IMG/VR virus record: IMGVR_UViG_3300029305_012016
Strand: one strand, 5' to 3'
DNA from: an uncultured virus (IMG/VR IMGVR_UViG_3300029305_012016)
Lineage: Duplodnaviria; Heunggongvirae; Uroviricota; Caudoviricetes
DNA length: 64,000 nucleotides
This document shows, piece by piece, positions 27,368 through 36,315 of the stretch (positions are counted from its first letter, which is position 1; every line of letters starts with the position of its first letter). The notes below the pieces were generated by a model. The model was not told the DNA's origin, did not search any database, and saw only the letters and a list, made by a program, of their open reading frames with translations. The position numbers and the translations under genes were made by a program.

Positions 27368-28135
27368 TTAGAAAGAAAGACTGAAGGGTTTTGCAATGAC
27401 ATGAAGGGCGATCCCAACAACATCTCCGGTCTTCTTATCCCACGCAAATTCATAGGAGACCTGAATACTCGTCAAGGAATTAACTTCGTTGACGAAGGGA
27501 TCGAGATACTGCTCGGCAAAGTGACGCCAATCCTTTGGTGCAGGGGCTTGGAACAAGAGACAAGCTAACTCAGGGAGAATATCGAAGACTAAAGTTTTGT
27601 GTCCACTGACAAGCATTTGATGTCCGACTTCATATAAGCGCATGGAACCCACGCAGCTAAACTTCATGGCGAGCTCATGAGGAATGGCGGTAAAGTAGGG
27701 GCTGTCGCCGCAAGCTCGTTCGGCAGCAGTTTCCGTAAATTCAACCTCAACAGTTTGAGAATTCGGGTCGATCAAGAATCTCGAAAACAGATTGAGGAGA
27801 CTTACGGTGTAGTTTCTCTCTGCTGCGACGATATACTTTTTTGCCTCCCAAAGACAAGCTCCGATAGCCTCTGACTTTGCCTTTGGTTCGTCTGACTCAG
27901 CCGTGATTCCGTTGAGCTTCATGAATTCGTCGTAGGTAAAGGTTACAACCGGTTTTCGAGTCGTCCGATAAGAGAGACTGTACCATTTGTGCAGACATAT
28001 CATGAAGGTCTGATAAGCTTGAATAGATGGAACCTTCCATAAGTCCATGCATCTTTCAAGCGAGGCGATAACTTTTCTTCTCGCCACCTTGCCAATTTTT
28101 GGCCTTACTTCGAGTTCGTCTTGAAATTTGCTCAT
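27368..28135 (-). CDS. Rep_3 (RepB)-like winged-helix protein, paralog of 32066-33127
   Basis: VGSMRLYE, W.HF...YL..FVNEVNSLTSIQVSYEF...VVGI aligns with main Rep. Confidence 0.75.
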   Translation of the reverse strand: MSKFQDELEVRPKIGKVARRKVIASLERCMDLWKVPSIQAYQTFMICLHKWYSLSYRTTRKPVVTFTYDEFMKLNGITAESDEPKAKSEAIGACLWEAKKYIVAAERNYTVSLLNLFSRFLIDPNSQTVEVEFTETAAERACGDSPYFTAIPHELAMKFSCVGSMRLYEVGHQMLVSGHKTLVFDILPELACLLFQAPAPKDWRHFAEQYLDPFVNEVNSLTSIQVSYEFAWDKKTGDVVGIALHVIAKPFSLSF

Positions 28136-28158
28136 TGATTTGTGTCCTTTCTTATTTT

Positions 28159-29010
28159 CTAATCGGCAGGCAACTGGTCAATCAGCTTTCCAAGTAGTAC
28201 GCATCTTGCGTTCTCAAAGGAGTAATTGCAAGTGGACAACATGAGAAGCTGATCTTCTGCATTGACTTCGATGGAAGAATTTTTCGCCCTGGCATCTGAC
28301 AGGATATCATCCATCTTATCTGCCCAATTTTCATCGTTGTAGCTGATGGCTTGGTATAATTTTAGATCGTCGGAATACGAGGTGATAAGTGCGGCGATGG
28401 GGCAAAACTTGTATGTGACATCCTCGGTAATTACGTACCACTCCGTATGTTCATCGAAATACTCTTGACTTAAAAAATCGTTTATTCCGTGGAACATGGA
28501 CCCATTTTTCATGTTATGGCCATACAGCACTGTACTTTTATCGCTGAAGTCGCTTGCATTACGGTAATCCATAAAAATACTGCCGGCTTCGTTATAGCTC
28601 CCGTCATATAACTTCTTGAGATATTTGGAATTCGTCTCGCCTAAGAGAACCGGATAGTTGATTTGCGTATCCTCGCAATAGATCCATGCTACGACATCGG
28701 GATTTACTGCTTGCAGGGCCGCGAAATCTACAAGGAATGGCGGTTCGATCAGTTTTGGAGGCTCCGGCAAGGTAGGGATAATCACTGTTGACGGCTCTTT
28801 GCTGTCGATTATCGGAGCGATCTCTTTGTTTTCTGTGGCCGTAGTTGTAGGAGAAATGAAGTTCATTTCTGCGTCCTCGTAGACACTTTCTCCGTAGTTA
28901 TACGCCCGATCAATCATGATCGTTTGGAAAACCGCGTACGCTAAGACCATAAATGAGCCTGCGGCTACGATGCAGGCGAGCCATCTTATCAGCTTTTTTA
29001 CACCGTCCAT
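28159..29010 (-). CDS. srtB: Class B sortase
   Basis: TM anchor; NPDVVAWI, INYPV, YGHNM..GSMF, LSTC...R. Confidence 0.92.
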   Translation of the reverse strand: MDGVKKLIRWLACIVAAGSFMVLAYAVFQTIMIDRAYNYGESVYEDAEMNFISPTTTATENKEIAPIIDSKEPSTVIIPTLPEPPKLIEPPFLVDFAALQAVNPDVVAWIYCEDTQINYPVLLGETNSKYLKKLYDGSYNEAGSIFMDYRNASDFSDKSTVLYGHNMKNGSMFHGINDFLSQEYFDEHTEWYVITEDVTYKFCPIAALITSYSDDLKLYQAISYNDENWADKMDDILSDARAKNSSIEVNAEDQLLMLSTCNYSFENARCVLLGKLIDQLPAD

Positions 29011-29044
29011 TTTATTTCTCCTGTTTGTTGGAAAAGTCTTTTGC

Positions 29045-29471
29045 TTACTTGCGTCCCCTCGGACTCAAGCGGAGGATTGCTTCGGATGCGAGTTTGCTTC
29101 GGACGCATTCCGAATCATAGAAAGTTACCTGGCGGCACAGAGAAGAACCGCGCATACGCTCAGCCGCAAAGACAAGACCGTTGGAGCGACTATCCAACCG
29201 GGGATTATCGATCTGATTGGGATCACCGGCAAGGATGATCTTGCTTCCGCGCCCTGCACGAGAAATGATGCCGAATGTCTGAAGGGGAGTCATGTTCTGT
29301 GCTTCGTCGATGATGATCCATGTGTCCGCAACAGAGCGACCACGCATATATGCCATTGCCTGAGCAGAAATCAGGTCTCGTTCAAACAGTTCATCCACGT
29401 AGGTGATAGTCTTGGAGTCGCCTTCGGACTTTGCGGATGCCTCCAATCGGCACAGGTCCTCAAGATTATCC
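29045..29471 (-). pseudogene. phoH: PhoH-family ATPase, C-terminal fragment only
   Basis: YMRGRS, IIDEAQN, SRAG.GSKIIL.GD..QID, RS.LA; Walker A absent; begins at IS right end. Confidence 0.85.
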
Positions 29472-29650
29472 TTGACACTCCCCACATCTAAAGAAGGGGG
29501 ATTCTTGGTTCAACGACTGTTGCCCACCAAATAGGCGGGTCTTACATAGTCTCCGCAAGCGTTAGGTTCGGACGTATCCCGCCCTACCGTATGTTTACAG
29601 GCTATGCCAGAAGGCGCAGTCCTTCGTTTAGGATATTGATCGCCGCATTG
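29452..29650 (-). ncRNA. Predicted TnpB omegaRNA (scaffold + flank-derived guide); boundaries approximate
   Basis: overlaps tnpB 3' end and IS right end, as is established for TnpB systems. Confidence 0.55.
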
Positions 29651-30843
29651 ACATCTCTGTTATGCTTTGCTCCGCAATGCGGGCAAGTCCACTTCCGTAC
29701 TTGAAGATTTTTTACTTCGGGCCGTTGCTGCCCACAGTTACTGCAGATCTGACTCGACGGATAGAGGTGATCAATCGTAACAAGCCGTCTCCCGTACCAC
29801 TGAGCTTTATAGGTGAGCTGCCTGCGCAGCTCGCCCCAGCTCGCATCAGCGACATATTTTGCCAGATAGCGATTTTGCTCTATCTCCTTCACATCGAGAT
29901 CCTCAATGCAGATGATGTCATTGTTTCGAATGATCTTGGTTGTGAGCTTGTGATGCGCATCGTTTCTCTGATTGGCAATATGCTCATGGAGACGGGCAAC
30001 CCGAATGCGGGCCTTATTCCAGTTTGCACTGCCCTTTGTTTTTCGGGACAGTTGCCGCTGGAGGCGAGCCAGCTTCTTTTCGGATTTTGTGAACGGCTTC
30101 GAGTTAAGGTACATCTCTCCATTGGAGGCTACTACAAGATGCTTTGAGCCAAAGTCAAGCCCAATGGAAGCGCCGGTATCCGGTAGCTTCTCAGGTTCCT
30201 GATCCAGACGGCAGCAAAGAGCAACATAGTATTTCCCACTGGCAGACCGAGATACCGTAGCCGACAGGATTTTTCCCTGTACAGCACGGGAGATTCGGCA
30301 CTTCACTGAGCCAAGCTTGGGGAGTTGTACAACATTCTCCAACACTTTGATGTTTGTACCCACACATTTGCTTTTGTAGGATTGCTTGCGGTCGTGCTTG
30401 CTCTTGAATTTGGGATATCCTGGCTTATTGCCTTGTTTTACATGCCGGAAGAAATTTTGGTAAGCATCGTCCAAATCCCGGAGGGAAGACTGCAAAGCTG
30501 TGGCATCCACTTCCCGGAGCCACAGGGTTTCTTCCTGCTGTTTTAGTCTGGTCATATCTTTTGCGCAGGCATAGTAGTTCAGCGTTTTGCCCGTCTGATC
30601 GTAGGTATCTTTACGGAGCGCGAGATAGTGGTTAAAAACAAACCGGCAGCATCCGAAGGTACGCAGTATTAAGTTTGCCTGCTCCCGATTGGGATACAGT
30701 CGGAATTTGTAGGAGTATTCCATTACCTCACTCCTTCCTAACACTTTTAGTATATTGCACAGCCCTATCTATTTGGTGAATGGAGTATGAATTTTGCGCC
30801 TTATATCCCCATAGATAAATCAAGGGGTTTTACGGCGATTTTG
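29472..30843 (-). mobile_element. IS200/IS605-family element, tnpB only (IS1341-like, non-autonomous)
   Basis: left-end hairpin CCCC..GGGG after TTAT; right-end hairpin CCCC..GGGGAGTG ending in TCAA; no tnpA. Confidence 0.85.
29602..30723 (-). CDS. tnpB: TnpB RNA-guided endonuclease
   Basis: [17 protein letters not shown]; RuvC GLDFG / IEDL / RDVNAA intact; zinc ribbon CSNC..CPHC. Confidence 0.95.
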   Translation of the reverse strand: MEYSYKFRLYPNREQANLILRTFGCCRFVFNHYLALRKDTYDQTGKTLNYYACAKDMTRLKQQEETLWLREVDATALQSSLRDLDDAYQNFFRHVKQGNKPGYPKFKSKHDRKQSYKSKCVGTNIKVLENVVQLPKLGSVKCRISRAVQGKILSATVSRSASGKYYVALCCRLDQEPEKLPDTGASIGLDFGSKHLVVASNGEMYLNSKPFTKSEKKLARLQRQLSRKTKGSANWNKARIRVARLHEHIANQRNDAHHKLTTKIIRNNDIICIEDLDVKEIEQNRYLAKYVADASWGELRRQLTYKAQWYGRRLVTIDHLYPSSQICSNCGQQRPEVKNLQVRKWTCPHCGAKHNRDVNAAINILNEGLRLLA

Positions 30844-30861
30844 ATAATTGGTTCTGAGATT

Positions 30862-30875
30862 ATTATACAAGAAAA
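30862..30875 (-). promoter_or_regulatory. Element-specific promoter motif copy, directly upstream of IS left end
   Basis: minus TTTTCTTGTATAAT. Confidence 0.7.
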
Positions 30876-31070
30876 CTTCAAAAAAATATTAAAAGCTCAA
30901 CATGACTTAAAATTTTGGGTGTTTGGTTCATAAGTCAAAAATTTAGAAATGCAGACAATTCAAAAAAAAAGGAATAAATCAAACTTTTCTCACAGCAAGC
31001 AAAGGACAGGAAGCGAAGCGCAGCAATATTGAGCCCGCGCTAAATTAGTACAAGCTATCCTATCCTATGC

Positions 31071-31200
31071 TATAGAAAATAATAAGAAGATTATATATAT
31101 ATTATATATATTCTTTATATATTCTTTATATAAGAGAGAATATATAGAGAAGAATATAAAATTATTTTCTTTATTTTATTCTCTAAAATTTCTTTCTCTT
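31071..31200. other. AT-rich tract, candidate DNA unwinding element of the origin
   Basis: very AT-rich, with TATATATTCTT direct and inverted repeats, next to iterons. Confidence 0.65.
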
Positions 31201-31267
31201 ATGCAAACTTGACGCCTTAAATTGACTATTGATAAACCTGGGACCTACGTCTTGAACTCTTCAGAAT

Positions 31268-31962
31268 TCTCGTTCACCCATAGTTTGACAGAAAAAAAAT
31301 TCTCGTTCACCCATAGTTTGACATTGCAGAATGTCTCGTTCACCCATAGTTTGACAGAAAAAAATTCTCGTTCACCCATAGTTTGACATTGCAGAATGTC
31401 TCGTTCACCCATAGTTTGACGGAATTTTAACCGGCTCAGACGAAAAATATGCCCTCGATAAGCGCAAAAAATGTAACTTAAAGTGTTCTTTTAACGTCAT
31501 AAATACGGTTTTGAGTTTAATGATTTCTTTGTGCATCTTGTACATTTGTGAATATTTTGTAAAGATGAAGCGAAAAATGACTTGTTGCAAGTCAGTATGC
31601 AATGCTACAAGGCTTTTTGAAATTCTCGTTCACCCATAGCTTGACAAAAAATTTTTCTCGTTCACCCATAGTTTGACATTGCAAAATTTCTCGTTCACCC
31701 ATAGTTTAACAGAATTTCAAAAATTTTATCGGCAAAATACACAAAACTAATTTAATAATTGTAACACGACAGGTTTTCTTTTCTGCCAAACGGATAGAGG
31801 TTGGGACTGGATTGAGTTTTTACAAAAACTTCATTACAATTTTTGTTCCGTACATAAATTTTTGACTTGTTGCGAGCATGAGAGTTTTGAAAGTAGTCTT
31901 TTGTGATTCTCGTTCACCCATACCTTGACGGAATTTCGATTCTTGTTTGCCCATAGTTTGGT
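31268..31962 (+). repeat. Iteron array: ten 22-bp repeats TCTCGTTCACCCATAGTTTGAC in clusters of 5+3+2 (putative oriV)
   Basis: starts 31268, 31301, 31334, 31366, 31399; 31624, 31656, 31689; 31908, 31941 (degenerate); 32-33 bp period; adjacent to Rep_3 gene. Confidence 0.88.
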
Positions 31963-32020
31963 ATAATCTTAGTTAGATTTCTGCTAAATCACGCTTAAAC
32001 CAACACTTGAATTCATAAAA

Positions 32021-32058
32021 AAATCTTACCTTCGGAAGATAGCTTGAAGGTAAGATTT
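32021..32058. terminator. Terminator separating rep from the iterons
   Basis: AAATCTTACCTTC/GAAGGTAAGATTT inverted repeat. Confidence 0.75.
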
Positions 32059-32065
32059 CTAATAT

Positions 32066-33127
32066 TCAGAAATAAAATTCGATGAAATTATTGATCCAAC
32101 GCAGTTTTGCCTCCGGTGGCGACATAGGGCATTTGCGAATTACCGACCGAATCGTGTCGATACACTCGTTCATACGAACGGATATATGCGTGTCCGGATC
32201 TCCCTTTAATATGTCGTCATAGGCTATTGAAGCGATCATATCCACATCCTCTTCGGTGAAGCCTTTTGGTATCAGCGACATTGACAGTCGTGCTCGGAAC
32301 GAAGAAAACATTTTATCAACTTCTTCTTCTCCGGCAGTAATGTACACATCCGATTTTCTCGATACAGAAAAAATTATACCGATTATTTTGTGCCGCTGCC
32401 CCTTCTTAATAAATTTGTATGACACATTGATACTTGTGAAGCGATTGATGTCGTCCACATACTTTGATAAATACTTATAACTGAAATCGGTCCAATTATC
32501 CGGAGGGGACTCAAGCAGCAAGGCGTTTGAAAGCGCCATAAGGTCGTCATATTGTTTGGTCTGTGTTTTTTCCGTAGCTAAGATTTTGCGGCAAATCTCA
32601 TACAACCGCATTGCACCGACCCCTCTAAGAGAGACCATGTCTTTTATCAAGAGAGCGACGCCATCTTTTTCAGACAGCATAATATTATTGGCGATTGCCT
32701 CACTAAACTTTGCGCTAATCTTTTTGTTGGCGTCGTCTATATTGAATACTTCATAAATGTTGACCAATAAGTTCTTTTCGTCGGGGGCAATTAAGATCAG
32801 AAAATTTTCAATACAATGTGCTAACTGAGGCTCGATATGTCGCATACTCTCTTTCGATAACCCGATTGTATCAATCAATTCTTCGAAGGTTATTGCTATC
32901 CTCCTGTCTTTGCGTTCCATTGGCGGTAACTCGGCCCATTTCGCAGATAAGACTTGAAAAGCCCTGTATTCGCTATAAGTAGGAGACCTCCATGCATGGA
33001 CTTGTTGCTCCAGTGAAGGAGGCTGGATATTCCTGATCATTTCGTTTCTGTCGGGATCTTGAGGTATCAGCCCCGCATCAATTAAGGCGTCCGTTTTGGG
33101 TACAACCAATTTCTTTTTTTCCATCAC
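32066..33127 (-). CDS. Plasmid replication initiator, Rep_3 (RepB) family
   Basis: K.DALIDA, MRLYE, F..KYL...V.DIN..T.INVSYKFIKKG..KIIGI.F; adjacent iterons. Confidence 0.82.
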   Translation of the reverse strand: MMEKKKLVVPKTDALIDAGLIPQDPDRNEMIRNIQPPSLEQQVHAWRSPTYSEYRAFQVLSAKWAELPPMERKDRRIAITFEELIDTIGLSKESMRHIEPQLAHCIENFLILIAPDEKNLLVNIYEVFNIDDANKKISAKFSEAIANNIMLSEKDGVALLIKDMVSLRGVGAMRLYEICRKILATEKTQTKQYDDLMALSNALLLESPPDNWTDFSYKYLSKYVDDINRFTSINVSYKFIKKGQRHKIIGIIFSVSRKSDVYITAGEEEVDKMFSSFRARLSMSLIPKGFTEEDVDMIASIAYDDILKGDPDTHISVRMNECIDTIRSVIRKCPMSPPEAKLRWINNFIEFYF

Positions 33128-33206
33128 ATTGGCCCTCTCTCATAGTGCTGTATCCCCCTGTAGTTAAAACAGGGGGATATCTCGTATTATCTGTTGTACA
33201 TTTCGA

Positions 33207-33491
33207 TTAAGAGAAGTCGATTTCCGGAAGAGCATCCCCGATAATGACGTCAGCTCCCCGGTGAATGGAGAAATGCTTGGGAATGGTGTCGGAAAGGATC
33301 TCCAGACCCATCGCACATCCCGTTCTTGCGGAGACATCATAAGTGGGAACGCCTTCATTGGCGGCGACGGCAATACTGATAAAATGAGGAAGTTTGTTAT
33401 CGGCACAGAATGTAGCCAAGTCTTTCATCTTGGCTTGCAGCTCCCGGTACTTATCCTTATCCTCTCTGATGTCGTAGTTTGCAAAGTTCAT
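33207..33491 (-). CDS. Hypothetical protein
   Basis: 94 aa, AGGAGG RBS, between par genes and rep. Confidence 0.7.
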   Translation of the reverse strand: MNFANYDIREDKDKYRELQAKMKDLATFCADNKLPHFISIAVAANEGVPTYDVSARTGCAMGLEILSDTIPKHFSIHRGADVIIGDALPEIDFS

Positions 33492-33544
33492 TGGTTATCC
33501 TCCTGATTTTGTTATCGAATAGGTTTTGGTGGACTATATAGGTG

Positions 33545-34186
33545 CTAAAAATCGAACGCCATCAAATCGTCTGTGTCGTCGGAATTTCCGAAGAATCCGG
33601 ACGAAAATTGCGGTTTCAATGAAGGGCTTTCGTTTGCGTCCTCGGTGTCCTTTGGCGCAGGGACACGGGACGCATGAGGCTTCTGAAGAAGAATATCCTG
33701 TACATCGTTCTTACCAAACGAGTCAGCAATCATGGTGTGAAGAGGAGTCCCTGCTGTAGCACTATTTTCGGAAGCTAACAGTTTTTTTACATCCATGTTG
33801 GCAAGGAACTGCTGAAACAGAGAAATGAATACGGGAGAATTTCTCTGTTCTTCATCGGCAGTTTCAATGCAAACCTTGATAGACTCCTTAGAAATAGCGT
33901 TCCGAATGAGGGCCTTGAAGAAAGCATTGGCCCTCCCTCGGGGAACGGTTCTGAGGAACTCGATAATATCATCATCACGCTTTTCGAGCAACTGCACGGA
34001 GAAGACCTTGTCCGTTAACTCTTCTTTCGGGAATGTAAATGCGGGGGGAAGATTGATAACGCTCTTTTCGTTGTTCATATGTGCCCGGATAATATCGCGA
34101 ACAACCTTTGCGAAATTATAACACGAGGCAATAATATGAATGTCGCTGTCGTCTCTCCTGACGCGAATATGCAGAGTCTTCGGCAC
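33545..34186 (-). CDS. Putative ParR-like DNA-binding adaptor
   Basis: directly downstream of ParM; two RHH-like segments (D.DII.FL..VP.G..N.F.K.LIR); disordered tail. Confidence 0.6.
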   Translation of the reverse strand: MPKTLHIRVRRDDSDIHIIASCYNFAKVVRDIIRAHMNNEKSVINLPPAFTFPKEELTDKVFSVQLLEKRDDDIIEFLRTVPRGRANAFFKALIRNAISKESIKVCIETADEEQRNSPVFISLFQQFLANMDVKKLLASENSATAGTPLHTMIADSFGKNDVQDILLQKPHASRVPAPKDTEDANESPSLKPQFSSGFFGNSDDTDDLMAFDF

Positions 34187-34208
34187 GGGAGATCACCGTC
34201 CTTTATGT

Positions 34209-35390
34209 TTATTTCTTCGGCTGCTTCATTTCGGTGACGACGCGGAAAATGTAGTAGCCACGGACATTGCTGAAAAGAAGATCGAGACTGGGGTCGTTCT
34301 GATTGGAAACGACAATGGTAATGGGAAGATCCTTGTATCTCTCGCGGATCAAGGGCAGCCATGCTGCACCGGTGCCGCCGGTCACGATCAAATAGTCGAA
34401 GCCGGTATAGACATCGTACTCCTGCTCAACAGCGGTCATAGCCTTTTCGAAGACCTGTTCCAGATTCTTTTGGAAGATAGGAGTAATATCCACGGTGTTG
34501 ACGGTCCTTCTACGACGATCAGGAATTCGGACAGAACCTTCTTTGAGCAGTCGAGGGAGCGTATGGGAATGAACTTCGTACTGATAGGACAGGCGGATGT
34601 CATTTGCGGTGCCTTCGTAAACGGCCTTCATTCCCAAGCCGGCGAAGGTTCTTGCGTTGCCGGCAACCTTGTTCTCAATAGGGAAAACATCAAGGGTGCC
34701 GAAGCCTCCGTCAAAGACGAGAGTTCTTGCGGTCAGATAGGACTTTCCTTTTGCATCAGGGGCAATATTGGAACCGTCAGAAAGCTTGCCGGCAGAATAT
34801 ACGGAACCGATAGGCTGACTGGTCACATGGATATTGGATGCGGAAAGTTCAAAGGAAAAATGTTCCCAGTCTCCGCCGCCGACTCGGACCCAAAACTCAT
34901 GCTTGCCGGTCAAAGCTTCGATCATGAGATTGGTGTCGATCGCACGGTACTGAGGGGGCAGACCGGTCTGCAGGAACAGGGGGAGGGACTTATCGTACTT
35001 GCCGTATTGATTTTCACGAAGGCCGAGGGCAATGCCGGTTCTTGCGATGATAAGGAAGGTCTTAGAGAAATAGCGGTCACGACCATACAGAGAAACAGAG
35101 GAGTCTTCTGTGTCGTTGAGTGCGGTCTGGCTGATGGCTCTTTCGCCTACAGCGTAAACAATGCCTTCCTCGTCCCGGTACATGATGTCGGTAGGGTCGG
35201 GGGTTCCGAGGAACTCGCCTCGCTGAACTCTCGTAAAGGACGGAAATACATAGATGGAATTGGGGGACATGCCCTTTACGGCGGAGTAGCCGATATCGAG
35301 GGCTACGGGATACATATTGTTGGGGGTCAGGTTTTTCTTTTCTGCAATAAGGGTCTTGGGACAGAATCTTTCAGTATTTGTGATGCTCAT
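34209..35390 (-). CDS. parM: Actin-like partition ATPase, ParM/StbA family
   Basis: ALDIGYSAVK, TGLP, SQP.G, FDGGFGTLD, VTGGTG. Confidence 0.9.
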   Translation of the reverse strand: MSITNTERFCPKTLIAEKKNLTPNNMYPVALDIGYSAVKGMSPNSIYVFPSFTRVQRGEFLGTPDPTDIMYRDEEGIVYAVGERAISQTALNDTEDSSVSLYGRDRYFSKTFLIIARTGIALGLRENQYGKYDKSLPLFLQTGLPPQYRAIDTNLMIEALTGKHEFWVRVGGGDWEHFSFELSASNIHVTSQPIGSVYSAGKLSDGSNIAPDAKGKSYLTARTLVFDGGFGTLDVFPIENKVAGNARTFAGLGMKAVYEGTANDIRLSYQYEVHSHTLPRLLKEGSVRIPDRRRRTVNTVDITPIFQKNLEQVFEKAMTAVEQEYDVYTGFDYLIVTGGTGAAWLPLIRERYKDLPITIVVSNQNDPSLDLLFSNVRGYYIFRVVTEMKQPKK

Positions 35391-35469
35391 AGTTTTACCT
35401 CCATATGGTATTCCTTATATTTTTTCTTCTTCGATAGCTTATGAAAGAAAGTTATGACGAAAGATTAAA

Positions 35470-35676
35470 TCAAAAATCCTCTCCATAGAAAATAGTGCCG
35501 GCCTTTTCTGTTCCGTGATACAATGTTGTGGAGGATATCCCGGAAGCAAAGGTTTTGAATTCTGTAGGAATATGCGAACAGAAAATCTTGTAAGCCTCGT
35601 AATTAGCTTTCTTTCGGTCGAGGGCACTCACAATAATAATCCATCCCTTGTAGGACACTTGATACTCTCGTGGCAT
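35470..35676 (-). CDS. Small hypothetical protein
   Basis: 68 aa, AAAGGAG RBS, first gene after promoter motif. Confidence 0.6.
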   Translation of the reverse strand: MPREYQVSYKGWIIIVSALDRKKANYEAYKIFCSHIPTEFKTFASGISSTTLYHGTEKAGTIFYGEDF

Positions 35677-35707
35677 AATTTTCTCTCCTTTCTTATCAGC
35701 TATCTAT

Positions 35708-35721
35708 ATTATATAAGAAAA
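35708..35721 (-). promoter_or_regulatory. Element-specific promoter motif copy (par/rep operon)
   Basis: minus TTTTCTTATATAAT. Confidence 0.75.
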
Positions 35722-35735
35722 TGGAGAAAAAATAT

Positions 35736-35751
35736 AAATAGATATATACAG
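35736..35751 (+). promoter_or_regulatory. 16-bp box copy 5 (one mismatch)
   Basis: AAATAGATATATACAG just upstream of the par/rep promoter. Confidence 0.5.
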
Positions 35752-35941
35752 AAATTCTTCCGTGAAAATAGGCTTTGATGATGTAAACCGAACGATCCGC
35801 AGCAAGTTATCGGCAAATTAAATTTAGGACGAAAATATGGAATAACACTTAATTTTGCCGCCAAATGTTACTTTTACGGCTGTATAGCGAGATGTAGGCA
35901 AATTACCGGCAAGTTAAATCATTTCGGGCAAGAGAAACAAA

Positions 35942-36229
35942 TCATTTGTTATCGACGGGGGTGAAGTTAATTTCCAAGCCTAATGCTTCAAGGAGCTTTA
36001 AGACAACTTCAATTCCCGCTTGTCGTTGTAACTTTTCAATTTTGGCAATTGTTACACGGTTTACTCCGCTCTTTTCTGCGAGGGTTTGTTGCGACCAACC
36101 GAGAGCAGTTCTTCGATCGAAAACGCATTTGGCAAACTGAACATTGAAAGAAAATTTTACTAACTCTTCATCAGTTAAGACTGAGCGCATTGCATCCGGT
36201 GCATCATTATCTAATTTGATTTTGTACAT
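35942..36229 (-). CDS. XRE-family HTH regulator
   Basis: RR..LGWSQQTLAEKSGVNRVTIAKIE. Confidence 0.88.
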   Translation of the reverse strand: MYKIKLDNDAPDAMRSVLTDEELVKFSFNVQFAKCVFDRRTALGWSQQTLAEKSGVNRVTIAKIEKLQRQAGIEVVLKLLEALGLEINFTPVDNK

Positions 36230-36315
36230 GATTTCAATCCTCTCTAAAAAGGGGGTCTTATAAGGCTTAGCCACGATTTGGCTGAGGCTTAACTCAACCT
36301 AAGTTAAGTCTTATC

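Noticed and set aside
29472..29485. MGSVK start of the PhoH ORF
   Set aside because: These codons lie in the IS right-end hairpin; PhoH similarity starts at DNLEDL.
29602..30723. TnpB as a nuclease-dead TldR regulator or a Cas12
   Set aside because: RuvC D/E/D residues and both IS ends are intact, and there is no CRISPR array.
31268..31962. Repeat array as a CRISPR array
   Set aside because: Spacers are only 10-11 bp and themselves repeat, no cas genes are present, and the array sits beside a Rep gene and an AT-rich tract, which fits iterons.
34140..35444. 434-aa plus-strand ORF
   Set aside because: Antisense shadow of parM.
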